Positions 10,478 to 20,355 are shown, counted from the first letter of the stretch. The stretch is 64,000 nt of DNA from an uncultured Desulfatitalea sp. (GCA_963668675.2 CAXXMB010000001.1:512001-576000); one strand, 5' to 3'. Program-made: numbers and translations. The notes: generated by a model not told the origin, from the letters alone.

Positions 10478-10556
10478 CGATAGTCAATATAAGCTTCTAT
10501 GTAAAGGCGCGGTTAGGTTATTAAACTCTGATAAAAAAGATGAAATTTGAGGATAG

Positions 10557-10730
10557 ATGATGAAAAGGATTGTTGTTACGCTTCTAATGGTTGGTTTGGT
10601 TTTGCTTTTTTACACTCCTGCTTTTGCCCTGAATGAATCCTTTCCTCCAGATTGGAGCGCTCTTTTTGTTGTTGGCGGTGTGATGCTTGTTTTGGGTTTA
10701 TTTGGAAACCGGCGGTTTATCAAACGATAG
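10557..10730 (+). CDS. 57-aa micro-protein: signal peptide + variant PEP-CTERM-like tail (not in ORF track)
   Basis: MMKRIVVTLLMVGLVLLFYTPAFA-LNESFPPDWSALFVVGGVMLVLGLFGNRRFIKR; SD gagg; AFA cleavage site. Confidence 0.75.
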   Translation: MMKRIVVTLLMVGLVLLFYTPAFALNESFPPDWSALFVVGGVMLVLGLFGNRRFIKR

Positions 10731-10889
10731 ATGAGATTGAGAATCTCTTTCAGAGGCAGAAGTAGGGTTTTGGCATATGAGTAATCTTAACCGATATTTG
10801 TTTAATGGGTGGATGCTGGATCACGTCCAGCATGACGAAGATGAGTTGCTTATTGAATATGCCAGTGGGTTAATTGAGGTAGTACGGTT

Positions 10890-11813
10890 TTGAGTAAAAA
10901 ATGGATTGGCATCGCTTTGTTTGGGGGGTGGTTTGCGCTCTTTGGCTTTCCATTGGCCAGATTGATCGGCTTCTCCTATCAAAGCAATTTTTATACACAC
11001 ATCATGCTGATCCCAATAGTTAGCGGCTATATCATTTGGGTTAACCGGAAAAGACTATCTCTCGATCCATCAGCGGGTTGGTCGGCATTATCCGTGTTTC
11101 TCATCGTCTTTGGCCTTTTGGCATATCTTGCCAGTTTTCGCGTAGGCCAATTCGTCGATACCAAAGAGGATGCCCTTTTTGTGGTTACCCTTGCGGCGTT
11201 GATGGCTCTATGGGGCATTTTCCTCGGATATTTTGGTCGAAAATGTTTTAAGCTGTGTCTGTTTCCCCTTCTGTTATTGGCCTTTATGGTTCCGTTGCCT
11301 TCAGTGACGCTCGATGCATTGATTCGTTTTTTGCAGTTGGCATCGGCAGGGACTGCCAACTTTGTTTTTATGCTGCTCGATATACCTTTTTTGCGAGAGG
11401 GAACGACATTTACACTGCCCGGAATGGCTGTGAACGTTGCGCCTGAATGTAGCGGCATTCGCTCCTTCTTTGCCTTGATGGTTCTTGGTATTGTTGCGGC
11501 GTATATGTTTCTAAACTCCAATAAGAGAAGGCTTATTTTTATTGCGGCTATTTTGCCGGTCACCATATTTAAAAATGCATTGCGTATTGTCCTGCTGGCC
11601 TATTTGGGTGCCTATGTAAATCCCGGCTTTGTCACGGATAGCATTCTTCATCGGCAGGGTGGCAAACCGTTTATGTTTGTTGCCTGCATGATGTTGATTC
11701 CGTTGTTTTGGGCATTGCGCAGAAATGAGAAAAGAGCGGTCAAAAAAAAAGATTGCGCAAAGCGGCCTTATCTTCAAATGAGATCGGAGCCCGTACATTC
11801 CGTGACCAAATAA
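10890..11813 (+). CDS. Exosortase (EpsH/Xrt family)
   Basis: Multi-TM; FMVPLP, VAPECSG (catalytic Cys), KNALRI (Arg), LH (His). Confidence 0.93.
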   Translation: MSKKWIGIALFGGWFALFGFPLARLIGFSYQSNFYTHIMLIPIVSGYIIWVNRKRLSLDPSAGWSALSVFLIVFGLLAYLASFRVGQFVDTKEDALFVVTLAALMALWGIFLGYFGRKCFKLCLFPLLLLAFMVPLPSVTLDALIRFLQLASAGTANFVFMLLDIPFLREGTTFTLPGMAVNVAPECSGIRSFFALMVLGIVAAYMFLNSNKRRLIFIAAILPVTIFKNALRIVLLAYLGAYVNPGFVTDSILHRQGGKPFMFVACMMLIPLFWALRRNEKRAVKKKDCAKRPYLQMRSEPVHSVTK

Positions 11814-11889
11814 GATAGAGCGGTGAGTCCGCATCAGATTGGGAACAGGGAGAAGTTAGCAAACCGGCATAGGCGATGATAGCGCAACT

Positions 11890-12013
11890 TATTAACCCGG
11901 GAATTAAAGATCGCAATCCCCGTCATTCCGGCGAAAGCCGGAATCCAGACGTTTGCTGGATTCTGGATCAAGTCCAGGATGACAATGGTAGGTCTATTTA
12001 ATTTCCGGTTTAA
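11890..12013. repeat. REP/MITE-like nested palindrome
   Basis: tattaacccgggaattaaa / tttaatttccggtttaata around a REP pair. Confidence 0.8.
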
Positions 12014-12042
12014 TAAAGCCGGGATTGAAGGAGATATTCAAG

Positions 12043-13722
12043 ATGGCACCTCAGCTGACGAACGAGAAGATTCTGGATTTCGATACCATCTGGAAAGAGG
12101 CGGATGTGAATTTTAGTTTCCTGGCACGTAGAAATGCCGTCCCCTTGAAATGGATCCTGGGGGGCATTGACTTTGTATTGTCCTTTGTATTTTTTGTTTT
12201 GTCGGCATCATTTTTTGAGTATTTTTCAAACGAAAGCTTTAACTTGAGCTCGTGGATTCCTTTGCTGATCTTGTCTTTGCTGGTCATTATTTTTTTTCCT
12301 CCGTTGCGGCTTTACAGTCGCCATTTGGTTTTCTCCAAAAGGAAGCATGTCGCCCAATTGGTAAAGGCGTTCGCCTCCAGTTTTTTATCATTCTCTTTTG
12401 TGGTGGCCGCTTTTGCACTTCCGGTTTTTGCAAAAAATTATGGTTTTACGGTGCTGGTCTTGGTGCTGGCATTGTTGATTATCACCTCCAGATTTATTCA
12501 ATTTGAAAGTGGCGCCTCGTTTTATCTGTTCAAAATATTTGGGATCAGCATGATCGTGGTCGGTGCTTTGGGGATCCTGTCGGAAGGAGGAACGCCTGCC
12601 ATCTTGAGGCAGCCCGAATTGGCGATGTGTGGGTTTTTACTCGCCGTTGTGACCATATTTGCGGCCAGGTTGGGGGGCATCCATCTGCTTTTCAACTCCA
12701 CGTTGAAACGCCACTTCAGACGACAGGTTGCGGTGATCGGATCCGATGAGCAGGGTAATCAGATCGTCTCTTACATTATCGATCGCAATGCCCCCTTTTG
12801 GGTTGCGGGCACCATCGGTGAGCACTGCGAATTAAAAACAAAGGTGCGCAAGCATTGTTTGGGAATGATCCAGGAACTGCCCGGTATCGTCGGTGCTCAT
12901 AAGATTGACGAACTGCTTATCGCCGATCAAAATATCGATAAACGAACCTTGGTGAGTATCCTCGATTTTTGCATGAGCAATGGCATCCAGGTGTGGTTCC
13001 CGCCCAGCTATATAGAGATCATCGATCGTAAGCTCTATATCGATAATTTTTGCGGTCTGCCGATGATCAAGCTTTGCTCACCGCAACGCATCTGGCTGGT
13101 CAATAAGTTTAAGCACTCATTGGATGCGATAATTGGGCTGCCTTTGTTTATCTTTTTGCTGCCTCTGTTTGGGGTGATTGCGGCTGCCATCAAAATAAAT
13201 TCTGAGGGGCCTGTGTTCTACAAAGCAAGAGCGATCGGCAAAACAGGGCGTGAATTTGCCATGTATAAGTTCCGGTCGATGCGGGTGAACAACGATGCAG
13301 GGGTTCACAAGGATTACGTCACAAAATTGATTAAAGGGGAGATCGGCAAAGAGGGCAACGACGGAAAGCCGCTTAAAATAACAGATGACCCCCGGGTTAC
13401 GGCGGTTGGCAATATTTTGCGAAAGTTTAGTCTGGATGAACTGCCCCAGCTCATTAACGTCATCAAAGGAGATATGAGCTTGGTAGGGCCGCGTCCTTGC
13501 CTGCCATACGAGTATGAGATTTATCAGGATTGGTACAAAAAAAGAGCATCCATCCGGCCGGGAATTACCGGGTTGTGGCAAGTGGCAGGCCGAAGCGAAG
13601 TGTCATTCGAGGATATGATCCTTCTGGATTTGTATTATCTCTACAATAGAAGTTTGTGGATGGATCTGAATATCTTGATTGAAACGGCGTTCGTCCTTCT
13701 GGAGAAGAGAGGTGCGTATTGA
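12043..13722 (+). CDS. Polyprenyl glycosylphosphotransferase (WcaJ/EpsB-like priming sugar transferase)
   Basis: MYKFRSM, DDPRVT.VG..LRKFSLDELPQL, SLVGPRP, PGITGLWQV.GRS. Confidence 0.95.
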   Translation: MAPQLTNEKILDFDTIWKEADVNFSFLARRNAVPLKWILGGIDFVLSFVFFVLSASFFEYFSNESFNLSSWIPLLILSLLVIIFFPPLRLYSRHLVFSKRKHVAQLVKAFASSFLSFSFVVAAFALPVFAKNYGFTVLVLVLALLIITSRFIQFESGASFYLFKIFGISMIVVGALGILSEGGTPAILRQPELAMCGFLLAVVTIFAARLGGIHLLFNSTLKRHFRRQVAVIGSDEQGNQIVSYIIDRNAPFWVAGTIGEHCELKTKVRKHCLGMIQELPGIVGAHKIDELLIADQNIDKRTLVSILDFCMSNGIQVWFPPSYIEIIDRKLYIDNFCGLPMIKLCSPQRIWLVNKFKHSLDAIIGLPLFIFLLPLFGVIAAAIKINSEGPVFYKARAIGKTGREFAMYKFRSMRVNNDAGVHKDYVTKLIKGEIGKEGNDGKPLKITDDPRVTAVGNILRKFSLDELPQLINVIKGDMSLVGPRPCLPYEYEIYQDWYKKRASIRPGITGLWQVAGRSEVSFEDMILLDLYYLYNRSLWMDLNILIETAFVLLEKRGAY

Positions 13723-13858
13723 GTTGGCGCTTGATTGGGAAATCTTGGAATTCGTCTAAGATAGCGACTGCTTTATGAATACGCAATAATAACGATACAA
13801 TCGCATGAAGTGAGATTTCTTGGTGGAAACTGTAGCATTAGAGCGACGAGGGATTTGT

Positions 13859-14035
13859 ATGGATGATGCCTGTCCGATGGACAATGGAGGGCGCCGTTGC
13901 GGTGTAGACCGAAGGAAGTACGTCTACTTCGGTATACTGCCCGAAAGGAGACGCGAGGGTGATCGTCGATGCCGGCCGGAGCGTCGTTTGCAGGTCAGAA
14001 CCGAAGGTGGCATTCTTGCGAATTCCGAAGATTGA
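13859..14035 (+). CDS. Small Arg-rich (D/E)RR-repeat protein
   Basis: DNGGRRCGVDRR...PERRREGDRRCRPERR; start could be 13820, 13859 or 13877. Confidence 0.55.
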   Translation: MDDACPMDNGGRRCGVDRRKYVYFGILPERRREGDRRCRPERRLQVRTEGGILANSED

Positions 14036-14051
14036 TTTTTTTAAACCATAA

Positions 14052-14143
14052 CAAGAAAAAGCCAAACCTGCTGTGAGGCAGGCACGGAAAGCCACGGGTC
14101 TCTGAGTATCAACTTTGCTGAAGAGATCGCCGGGTTGCCTTGA
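14052..14143 (+). ncRNA. c-di-GMP-I (GEMM) riboswitch
   Basis: GCCAAACC-tgc-tgtgag-gca-GG-CAC-GGAAAGCCACGGGTCTCT...AGAGATCGCCGGGTTGCC with P1 caag/cttg, upstream of a PEP-CTERM gene. Confidence 0.85.
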
Positions 14144-14206
14144 GTTTGGGGGTACATGTAGGTTTTGGGAGCTTTGATTCACTCGAGGAGAAAGGGGTTG
14201 AACGGT

Positions 14207-14773
14207 ATGAAGAGATTGCTGTGTTTTTTATGTACCCTGCTGTTGTTTTTTGGTTTGGCCGGCCATGTGGGTGCCTCCATGTATTATTATGAGGATGTGA
14301 TCGATACATGGGCCGGGTATGGCGATGCAGTGCCGATTGTTGAAAACTTTCCTTTGAAGTATAATCACAATATTAACGATTCTGTGAATTTCGGCGCTGG
14401 CGACAAGGTCGCAGAGGCCACCTTGGAGTTGGATTTCACCAACGATCTGTTGGATACGATATGTTTTCTTCCTCATCTTTTTGAAGAGCATATCTATTAT
14501 GCATTCGACGGAAGCGGGTGGAGTTATCTGGATGAGGTGGATAACGGGCAATACGATATCGGAATCGATATTGCGCTGCTCAATGTCGATGGCCTTCTGA
14601 ATGTCGAACTGGCAGTAACTAACTTCAGTTGTGGGTGGGCGGACGCCTGGCTGGACCACTCCAAGTTATATGGAATGGCTGAAACCGCAGGTGTGCCGGA
14701 ACCATCGCCGATGCTTTTTCTGGGGCTGGTGCTAATAGGGCTGAGCTCCTTTAGGAGAAAGTTGCTGAAATAG
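14207..14773 (+). CDS. PEP-CTERM protein
   Basis: Signal peptide MKRLLC...; VPEPSPMLFLGLVLIGLSSFRRKLLK. Confidence 0.9.
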   Translation: MKRLLCFLCTLLLFFGLAGHVGASMYYYEDVIDTWAGYGDAVPIVENFPLKYNHNINDSVNFGAGDKVAEATLELDFTNDLLDTICFLPHLFEEHIYYAFDGSGWSYLDEVDNGQYDIGIDIALLNVDGLLNVELAVTNFSCGWADAWLDHSKLYGMAETAGVPEPSPMLFLGLVLIGLSSFRRKLLK

Positions 14774-14808
14774 ACATTCAGTGGCATTTCCTACTCATTT
14801 TTTATAAG

Positions 14809-14835
14809 AAGGGCGGTCGATGGACCGCCCTTTTT
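14809..14835 (+). terminator. Rho-independent terminator
   Basis: aagggcggtc-gatg-gaccgccctt followed by ttt. Confidence 0.8.
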
Positions 14836-14866
14836 GTTCCAGTGATATCCTTTTGTAATGTTTGTG

Positions 14867-15015
14867 AATTCGTAAAAAGTTGCTCATCCGTCATGCTGGA
14901 CCCTGGATCCTTGTTCAGTGAAGGCTTTAGTGACCCGGAATTCAGAAAACAGTCTTTACTGGATCACGGATCAAGTCCTGGATGACTGAGGTTGGCCTAT
15001 TTAATAAACCGGCAA
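14867..15015. repeat. Degenerate REP/MITE-like element
   Basis: ttcgtaaaaagt..cgtcatgctggac...ggatcacggatcaagtcctggatgac..ctatttaat. Confidence 0.6.
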
Positions 15016-15045
15016 CTTCTTGCATAAAATAGAATAAGGTGCAGC

Positions 15046-16188
15046 TTGGTACGGTTACCACGAACGAACAGACTGTCTTTTATATTGCTTTTGGGCATGA
15101 CGGCCCTGGTCATTTTGGGGATGCTCTATTTTGGAATTCGGTTCAAAGGATTCCGGCCGATTAACAATGTTAAATGGAATGATTCCGGTGTCGGGCTTCG
15201 CTTTGATCGATTTGGGATAGTCTATGCTCAAGGTTTTTTTTCGTCATCCGCTGAAGGTTCTCAGAAAGATAGTCTTACAATTGAAATGGCGATAAAGCCC
15301 GTGTTTAACCAATATTCAGATTTCAGATATGTGCTGCTCATTCATAATGGAGATGATGCCAAGCAACTGGTAGTGGGCCAGTATCGTACGTCACTCGTTG
15401 TTATGAATGGTAATGATCACAGCAATAGACGAAAAACCCCCAAAATATATGTTCAATTGGACGGGGAAGCGCACAAAGATTTTTTGGTTACTATTGTTTC
15501 CAATCAATTGGGAACCCGGTTGTTTTTGAATGGTCGTCTGGTAAGCACCAACAAACACCTGCGTTTAAAGTATCCCAACCCAGGGGAACAGACAAAAATG
15601 CTGGTTGGCAACAGTTTGTATGGCAATAACCCTTGGAGGGGGACAATGCTGGGGTTGGCATTATATGATTTCGATTTGTCGGAGAAGGTAATTAGCAATC
15701 ATTATCAAAAATGGAGAGATGGGCTAAATTTTAATGCCTTTCGTGCTGAATCCCCAAGATTGCTTTATGCTTTCGATCAGAGGGGCGGTGAAAAGGTGCA
15801 CAATGTGGTAAGCGGTGGTGAAGAGTTAGATTTAATCGTTCCAGTTTGGATGTCTGCACCGAAAAAGAAAATTCTCGGTTGGCCTGTTTTTAATGAAATG
15901 GTTTCAAAAGAAAGTTTGACATCAGATGTGTTGGTCAATCTGTTCGGATTTATCCCGCTTGGTTTTCTGCTTTTAGCAACTTTGGGGAGACTGGAGGGTT
16001 TTAATAAAAAATATACTATTTTAATTCTTGGTGTACTGGTAGCCTTCCTATTCAGTTTTTCGATCGAAATAGCACAGGTATGGATACCATCAAGAGATTC
16101 ATCCATACTGGACTTGGTTTTAAACAGTTTTGGCGGGCTTTTGGGGGGGCTCGCCTATTTGGTGTTGAATAGTATTTTGTTGGATTGA
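15046..16188 (+). CDS. VanZ-family protein with LamG/concanavalin-like periplasmic domain
   Basis: LFLNG..LVGN..W.G.M..LALYD; C-terminal DVLVNLFGFIPLG..SIEIAQVWIPSR.SS..DLVLN. Confidence 0.8.
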   Translation: MVRLPRTNRLSFILLLGMTALVILGMLYFGIRFKGFRPINNVKWNDSGVGLRFDRFGIVYAQGFFSSSAEGSQKDSLTIEMAIKPVFNQYSDFRYVLLIHNGDDAKQLVVGQYRTSLVVMNGNDHSNRRKTPKIYVQLDGEAHKDFLVTIVSNQLGTRLFLNGRLVSTNKHLRLKYPNPGEQTKMLVGNSLYGNNPWRGTMLGLALYDFDLSEKVISNHYQKWRDGLNFNAFRAESPRLLYAFDQRGGEKVHNVVSGGEELDLIVPVWMSAPKKKILGWPVFNEMVSKESLTSDVLVNLFGFIPLGFLLLATLGRLEGFNKKYTILILGVLVAFLFSFSIEIAQVWIPSRDSSILDLVLNSFGGLLGGLAYLVLNSILLD

Positions 16189-16196
16189 ATAGGGAA

Positions 16197-16223
16197 CGGG
16201 CAGAGTTGGAACAACTCTGCCCG
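16197..16223. terminator. Hairpin between convergent genes
   Basis: cgggcagagttg-gaa-caactctgcccg. Confidence 0.7.
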
Positions 16224-16238
16224 CATGAAAATTTCGAC

Positions 16239-16883
16239 CTACTTTTTAAACAGTTTTTTACGAGATGCCCCCATAAGTCCTAAAACTCCGGTAATAAGGA
16301 AAACTAATGAGGACGGTTCAGGGACCGAGGACGAAGCATTAAACTGCAAATCATCTACTGCGAAAAAATCCCCTGTTATCGAAAAATACTTGATATTGAA
16401 GGCGCCAGTATCAATGCCGATATAAGTATTTTTTCCAACAGGGGCCATGTAAGATTCGATTACACTCATTGAACTATCATAAGCGGTAATGTATTCCGGC
16501 CCTCCATCTGAATCAGCTATGCCTATGCCCACTATATCTGCTAGGCCTGTAAATTCGAATAAGATGGTACCATCCCAGCCCAAACTAGCATCGGTACCTC
16601 TTTCGCTATTGACTCCCGTTCCGATGTAGTTTGGCGAACTTTGCGTCCCTGCGTAATAGCTTAACAGGAATCCCTCTGTTTCTGTTATGGATGCAACACC
16701 AACGGATAAATAATCTGTCGATCCCACGGCACTGCCGGTGGAATAATCATCAAAAGTTACCAGCGTGCCAAAAGTGGGGCTCAATGAAGGAGAAGGTGTT
16801 CCGGTAAACATTAGGGCTGAAACTGGGCTTACTAAAAAAAATGCCAATACGGTTGCTAAAAATAGAACAGATAATTTTTTCAT
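16239..16883 (-). CDS. PEP-CTERM protein
   Basis: Signal peptide; VPEPSSLVFLITGVLGLMGASRKKLFKK. Confidence 0.9.
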   Translation of the reverse strand: MKKLSVLFLATVLAFFLVSPVSALMFTGTPSPSLSPTFGTLVTFDDYSTGSAVGSTDYLSVGVASITETEGFLLSYYAGTQSSPNYIGTGVNSERGTDASLGWDGTILFEFTGLADIVGIGIADSDGGPEYITAYDSSMSVIESYMAPVGKNTYIGIDTGAFNIKYFSITGDFFAVDDLQFNASSSVPEPSSLVFLITGVLGLMGASRKKLFKK

Positions 16884-17310
16884 TTTTTACCTCCAAAGTT
16901 TGAAAAAGTAATATCAATGAACCAACTTCCACCAATGTAATTATCACCTCCCTTCGTTTAATTTGGTATTGTGATTCCGTACGAAATCAGATCAAGATAA
17001 TGCTTGAGTTTGAATAACTCAAAGTCTAACTGTCTTATTCGAACGCTTGTTATGGAGGCTCATTTTTTAAGTTGGTTGCAAATTTCTTCTGATTTTATGC
17101 CTCATACGAGCTTATCATTTTAAAGGCAGAACAATTAAGAAGGGGAGGGCATTTCAGTGGGGAATATGATTCACATTGTTTCGGTCAAAAGATTGCTTTG
17201 TGGTAGAAGAGAGATGGAGTGGACAACCCAATCAATAGCTCAGCTCACTAATATGAAGCTATAGTAATATAGTCAATTCAGGTTTTGCAACTTGTTCTTT
17301 TTGTGAAAAG

Positions 17311-17346
17311 AAGATAACGGAGACATCGTAGGCCTCCGTTATCTTT
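17311..17346 (-). terminator. Rho-independent terminator
   Basis: aagataacggag...ctccgttatctt with an A run on the + strand side. Confidence 0.7.
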
Positions 17347-17369
17347 AAGTTATTAATGGAAGCTTGCCA

Positions 17370-18131
17370 TTATCTTATGATCTTTTTCCGCAAAGCCGCC
17401 AATCCAATGAGGCAACTTCCCAAAAAGAGCATTGAAGAGGGCTCTGGTACACTCGGATTAACATCTTGGATTTCACGAATTTTGCCTGCAACGAAATCAT
17501 TAGTAAAGTCTGCAGCATTATTACGAAGATAATTCAAATCCCACAATCCTGTAAACCCGTCAGTCGTGGTATATGCAACTCCATCATCATAGTAGCTATA
17601 AAAGCTCGATAAGGTAATAACATTTAGCATGATATTTTCATCTGATACCAGTTTAGCAGCTGCGGCCTCTCCTGTTAAACCACTATAGCTAAACCAACTT
17701 TTATCATCAGGATCCTCATCGGTTATTAGGATCATGACTTTTGCATAGTTGTTGTCAGCTGACCAAGAAAAATTATCAGCACCCCATTGAATGGCACTAT
17801 ACGCATATTCAGTGCCACCGTAGGTGCTGACTGAACTTACCTCTCCGGTTACGGCACTAATATCGGAAGTTAGATCTTGCCAGGCGTTAACTGAGTAGTC
17901 GCTCCCAACAGTTGTTTCATATCCGGCTACTCCGAAATTGGCGGTAATACCAGCGTTTGCCATTTCGCTTGCAACGGTGTTAAGGCTGTTATTGATCCAA
18001 CTGAACTCTCCCGCCATACTTCCGCTTTGATCAACAACAAAAGCGACGTCGGCATAAGAAGCTGCAGAAGCAGTATTGGCCAATCCTGCTAAAAAGAAAA
18101 GAGCCGCAATAATCATTAAAAATTTTTTCAT
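17370..18131 (-). CDS. PEP-CTERM protein with von Willebrand factor A domain
   Basis: MIDAS DQSGSM, GGTE, ILITDED; VPEPSSMLFLG...LRKK. Confidence 0.9.
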   Translation of the reverse strand: MKKFLMIIAALFFLAGLANTASAASYADVAFVVDQSGSMAGEFSWINNSLNTVASEMANAGITANFGVAGYETTVGSDYSVNAWQDLTSDISAVTGEVSSVSTYGGTEYAYSAIQWGADNFSWSADNNYAKVMILITDEDPDDKSWFSYSGLTGEAAAAKLVSDENIMLNVITLSSFYSYYDDGVAYTTTDGFTGLWDLNYLRNNAADFTNDFVAGKIREIQDVNPSVPEPSSMLFLGSCLIGLAALRKKIIR

Positions 18132-18512
18132 TTTTTTCCTCTTCTTCTTTTGGTGTTAATTGCATAAAAACATTAAAGATGCCAATAACAAGATATTAAT
18201 TTTTAAATTTTGAAATCGATCACCTCCTTTCCATAGATAAGACATAGGCGTTGCTTAATTTAGGAATATTATGTGATCGCAAGTGGTCAATTCGACCATA
18301 AACCGCCGATATTTCACCCCTCGGCCTATGTCTTTCGAAAAGAATCATTACCCTATCCAACGAGCAAGACAGCATTTTGTGAATATGCTCCTATGCTCGC
18401 TTGAAGCCGATACTTCACAATGCTATATCGGCCATCACATTAGATATTTATATGTATACAGTGTTAATGGGAGATGTACTTTTTAGATCAATTCGTAACT
18501 TCTTGTAACTAC

Positions 18513-18528
18513 AGCAAGTTGCGTGCCC
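18513..18528 (-). promoter_or_regulatory. sigma54 promoter
   Basis: Minus strand GGGCAC-GCAAC-TTGCT. Confidence 0.8.
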
Positions 18529-18853
18529 ATGCGATTCTGAACGTCAAGTGATTTTACGAATTATGCCTAGAACAGGAAACATAATCTAAAAACGCATAAC
18601 ATTAAGTAAAAATAGCAGAAAACAACATAAAAGATATGAAAACCTTAAAATAATAATAATGATAAACTTATGTTGAAAATACAGGAGGAAATAAAAAATA
18701 CAGCATTCTTAAGGCGCTGTTGTGGGCTAGGCACACCTAACTAAAACTTTAATCCGTGAAGTACCCCGGAGAATAAAATTAGAAATGATGTAACTATTAC
18801 CTAAAATATATAAATGCTATGTAATTTAATTCATAGCTCCAGTGCGTATTTGA

Positions 18854-20005
18854 TTATATTCGATCAAGATATGCCAAATCATGTTGCTGACTGTTTTTCG
18901 TACCAATGATGACCAATTCGGCTCGCCTATCTCCTTTCGGAAAAAAATAGAGCCTTCCTTTATAACCGAACACCACTTCGAGGACAGAAAAGCGATTCCT
19001 TTTTGTAAATACTTTGCGTTTGATTTGAATAGAAGTGGGTTTTTCATTAAGTTGCATGAGGATCTCTTCGCACTTGAGCTTGAGTTCCTCAGTTAGCCCA
19101 CAATACCCTTCTACAGCCTTGTCATGGATATCCAGGTTTTTATAAAGCGTCGTAAGCCTTTTGCGTGCCATATCGGTGGATTTTTGTTTTAGCGCACTTT
19201 CTTTCCTATTAAGTTGATTAAACTCCTGAAGTTTCAATTGGAGTTGTTCTATTTTTTCGGATTGGACCGCATGAAGATTCTCTTTTTTGGCAATATTTTT
19301 TTCCAAGGCTATTATCTCTCCGATCATCTCCTCTTCGTTAGTGTCGGCTCTTCGCTTTTCATTTCGTAAAACGGACTTCAACTGTACGATATCATTTTCC
19401 ATCATCTCGCGTTCCTTTTTGATTCTGTCGAGTTGGAAGCGGTGATTGGTTTTAAGCCGGTTAAGCTCTGCTATTTCAGCAGAGTGGATTTTTTCCTGCT
19501 GATGGTACATTGAACTCCATCGGCGGTAATAGAAAACAAATACAGTTAAAGAGAGCAAGATCAACGCTGCTAACAGCGAATTGGATATGGCGGTATTGTG
19601 GGGTAATTCAAACACCAGCGATAATTCTATCCCCTCGTCAATCAACCGGAAGTTTTCCGTTGCGATCTCAAAGGGCATTTCTTGATTCCCCAGCATCGGG
19701 TTTGAGCCATCATGAACCAATGGATAGAGCAATGTATTGCGACGGGTCCTTACCGATACGGTTACTTTTCCTCCCAACTTAAGCCATTGGCATTCTTGTA
19801 AATAGTGGTCTATATTCTTGCGAATCGTTTGGCGCAACCTCGCCGATCCGTCTAAAAGCAAGTGGGTATCACCCAGATATGTTGCTTCCAATCCGGTGCG
19901 AATTTCGTTTTTAGCGTACTGTTCAATAAAATGAATTATACTTACATAAATCAGCGGCGGTAAAATGACACACAATAAAACGATACTGAGGCGAAATTTT
20001 ATCAT
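18854..20005 (-). CDS. Two-TM coiled-coil protein with possible C-terminal RelE-like domain
   Basis: Two hydrophobic segments, a long E/K/Q-rich coil, and a C-terminus LEV.FG..GRLYF....IIGTKNSQ..DL. Confidence 0.6.
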   Translation of the reverse strand: MIKFRLSIVLLCVILPPLIYVSIIHFIEQYAKNEIRTGLEATYLGDTHLLLDGSARLRQTIRKNIDHYLQECQWLKLGGKVTVSVRTRRNTLLYPLVHDGSNPMLGNQEMPFEIATENFRLIDEGIELSLVFELPHNTAISNSLLAALILLSLTVFVFYYRRWSSMYHQQEKIHSAEIAELNRLKTNHRFQLDRIKKEREMMENDIVQLKSVLRNEKRRADTNEEEMIGEIIALEKNIAKKENLHAVQSEKIEQLQLKLQEFNQLNRKESALKQKSTDMARKRLTTLYKNLDIHDKAVEGYCGLTEELKLKCEEILMQLNEKPTSIQIKRKVFTKRNRFSVLEVVFGYKGRLYFFPKGDRRAELVIIGTKNSQQHDLAYLDRI

Positions 20006-20355
20006 TTTGCAGGATCTCGATTAGTACGGAAAGATAGATATGTTTGCAATTTGTTATCGGCCCATTTTATAATTTGTTATGGTATCAAAAAAAATTTTAA
20101 ACTCAAGATGCGCCATTAATTTCTTGCTGGTCTATATTTTTTGTTTGGTTACATATCTGATAGATGTTGAGTTGGTTTAACGATTGATATATGAATTTAT
20201 TTTATAAGCGCTTGTCGTTACAACAATAGTTTCAAATGGACTTAAATTGTGCCCGAAAAGATCAGGGGCAGATAGTAGGAGCAGGAACTCCTTCCCCTAG
20301 TGGCTTAAAGGCAGGCCGGAGAGGGTTGAAGGGAAAACGAAATGGAACGAATGAT

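Noticed and set aside
18218..18231. 16S rRNA 3'-end fragment (GATCACCTCCTTTC)
   Set aside because: The match is only 14 nt with no other rRNA sequence; it is better read as an SD-like motif on the minus strand.
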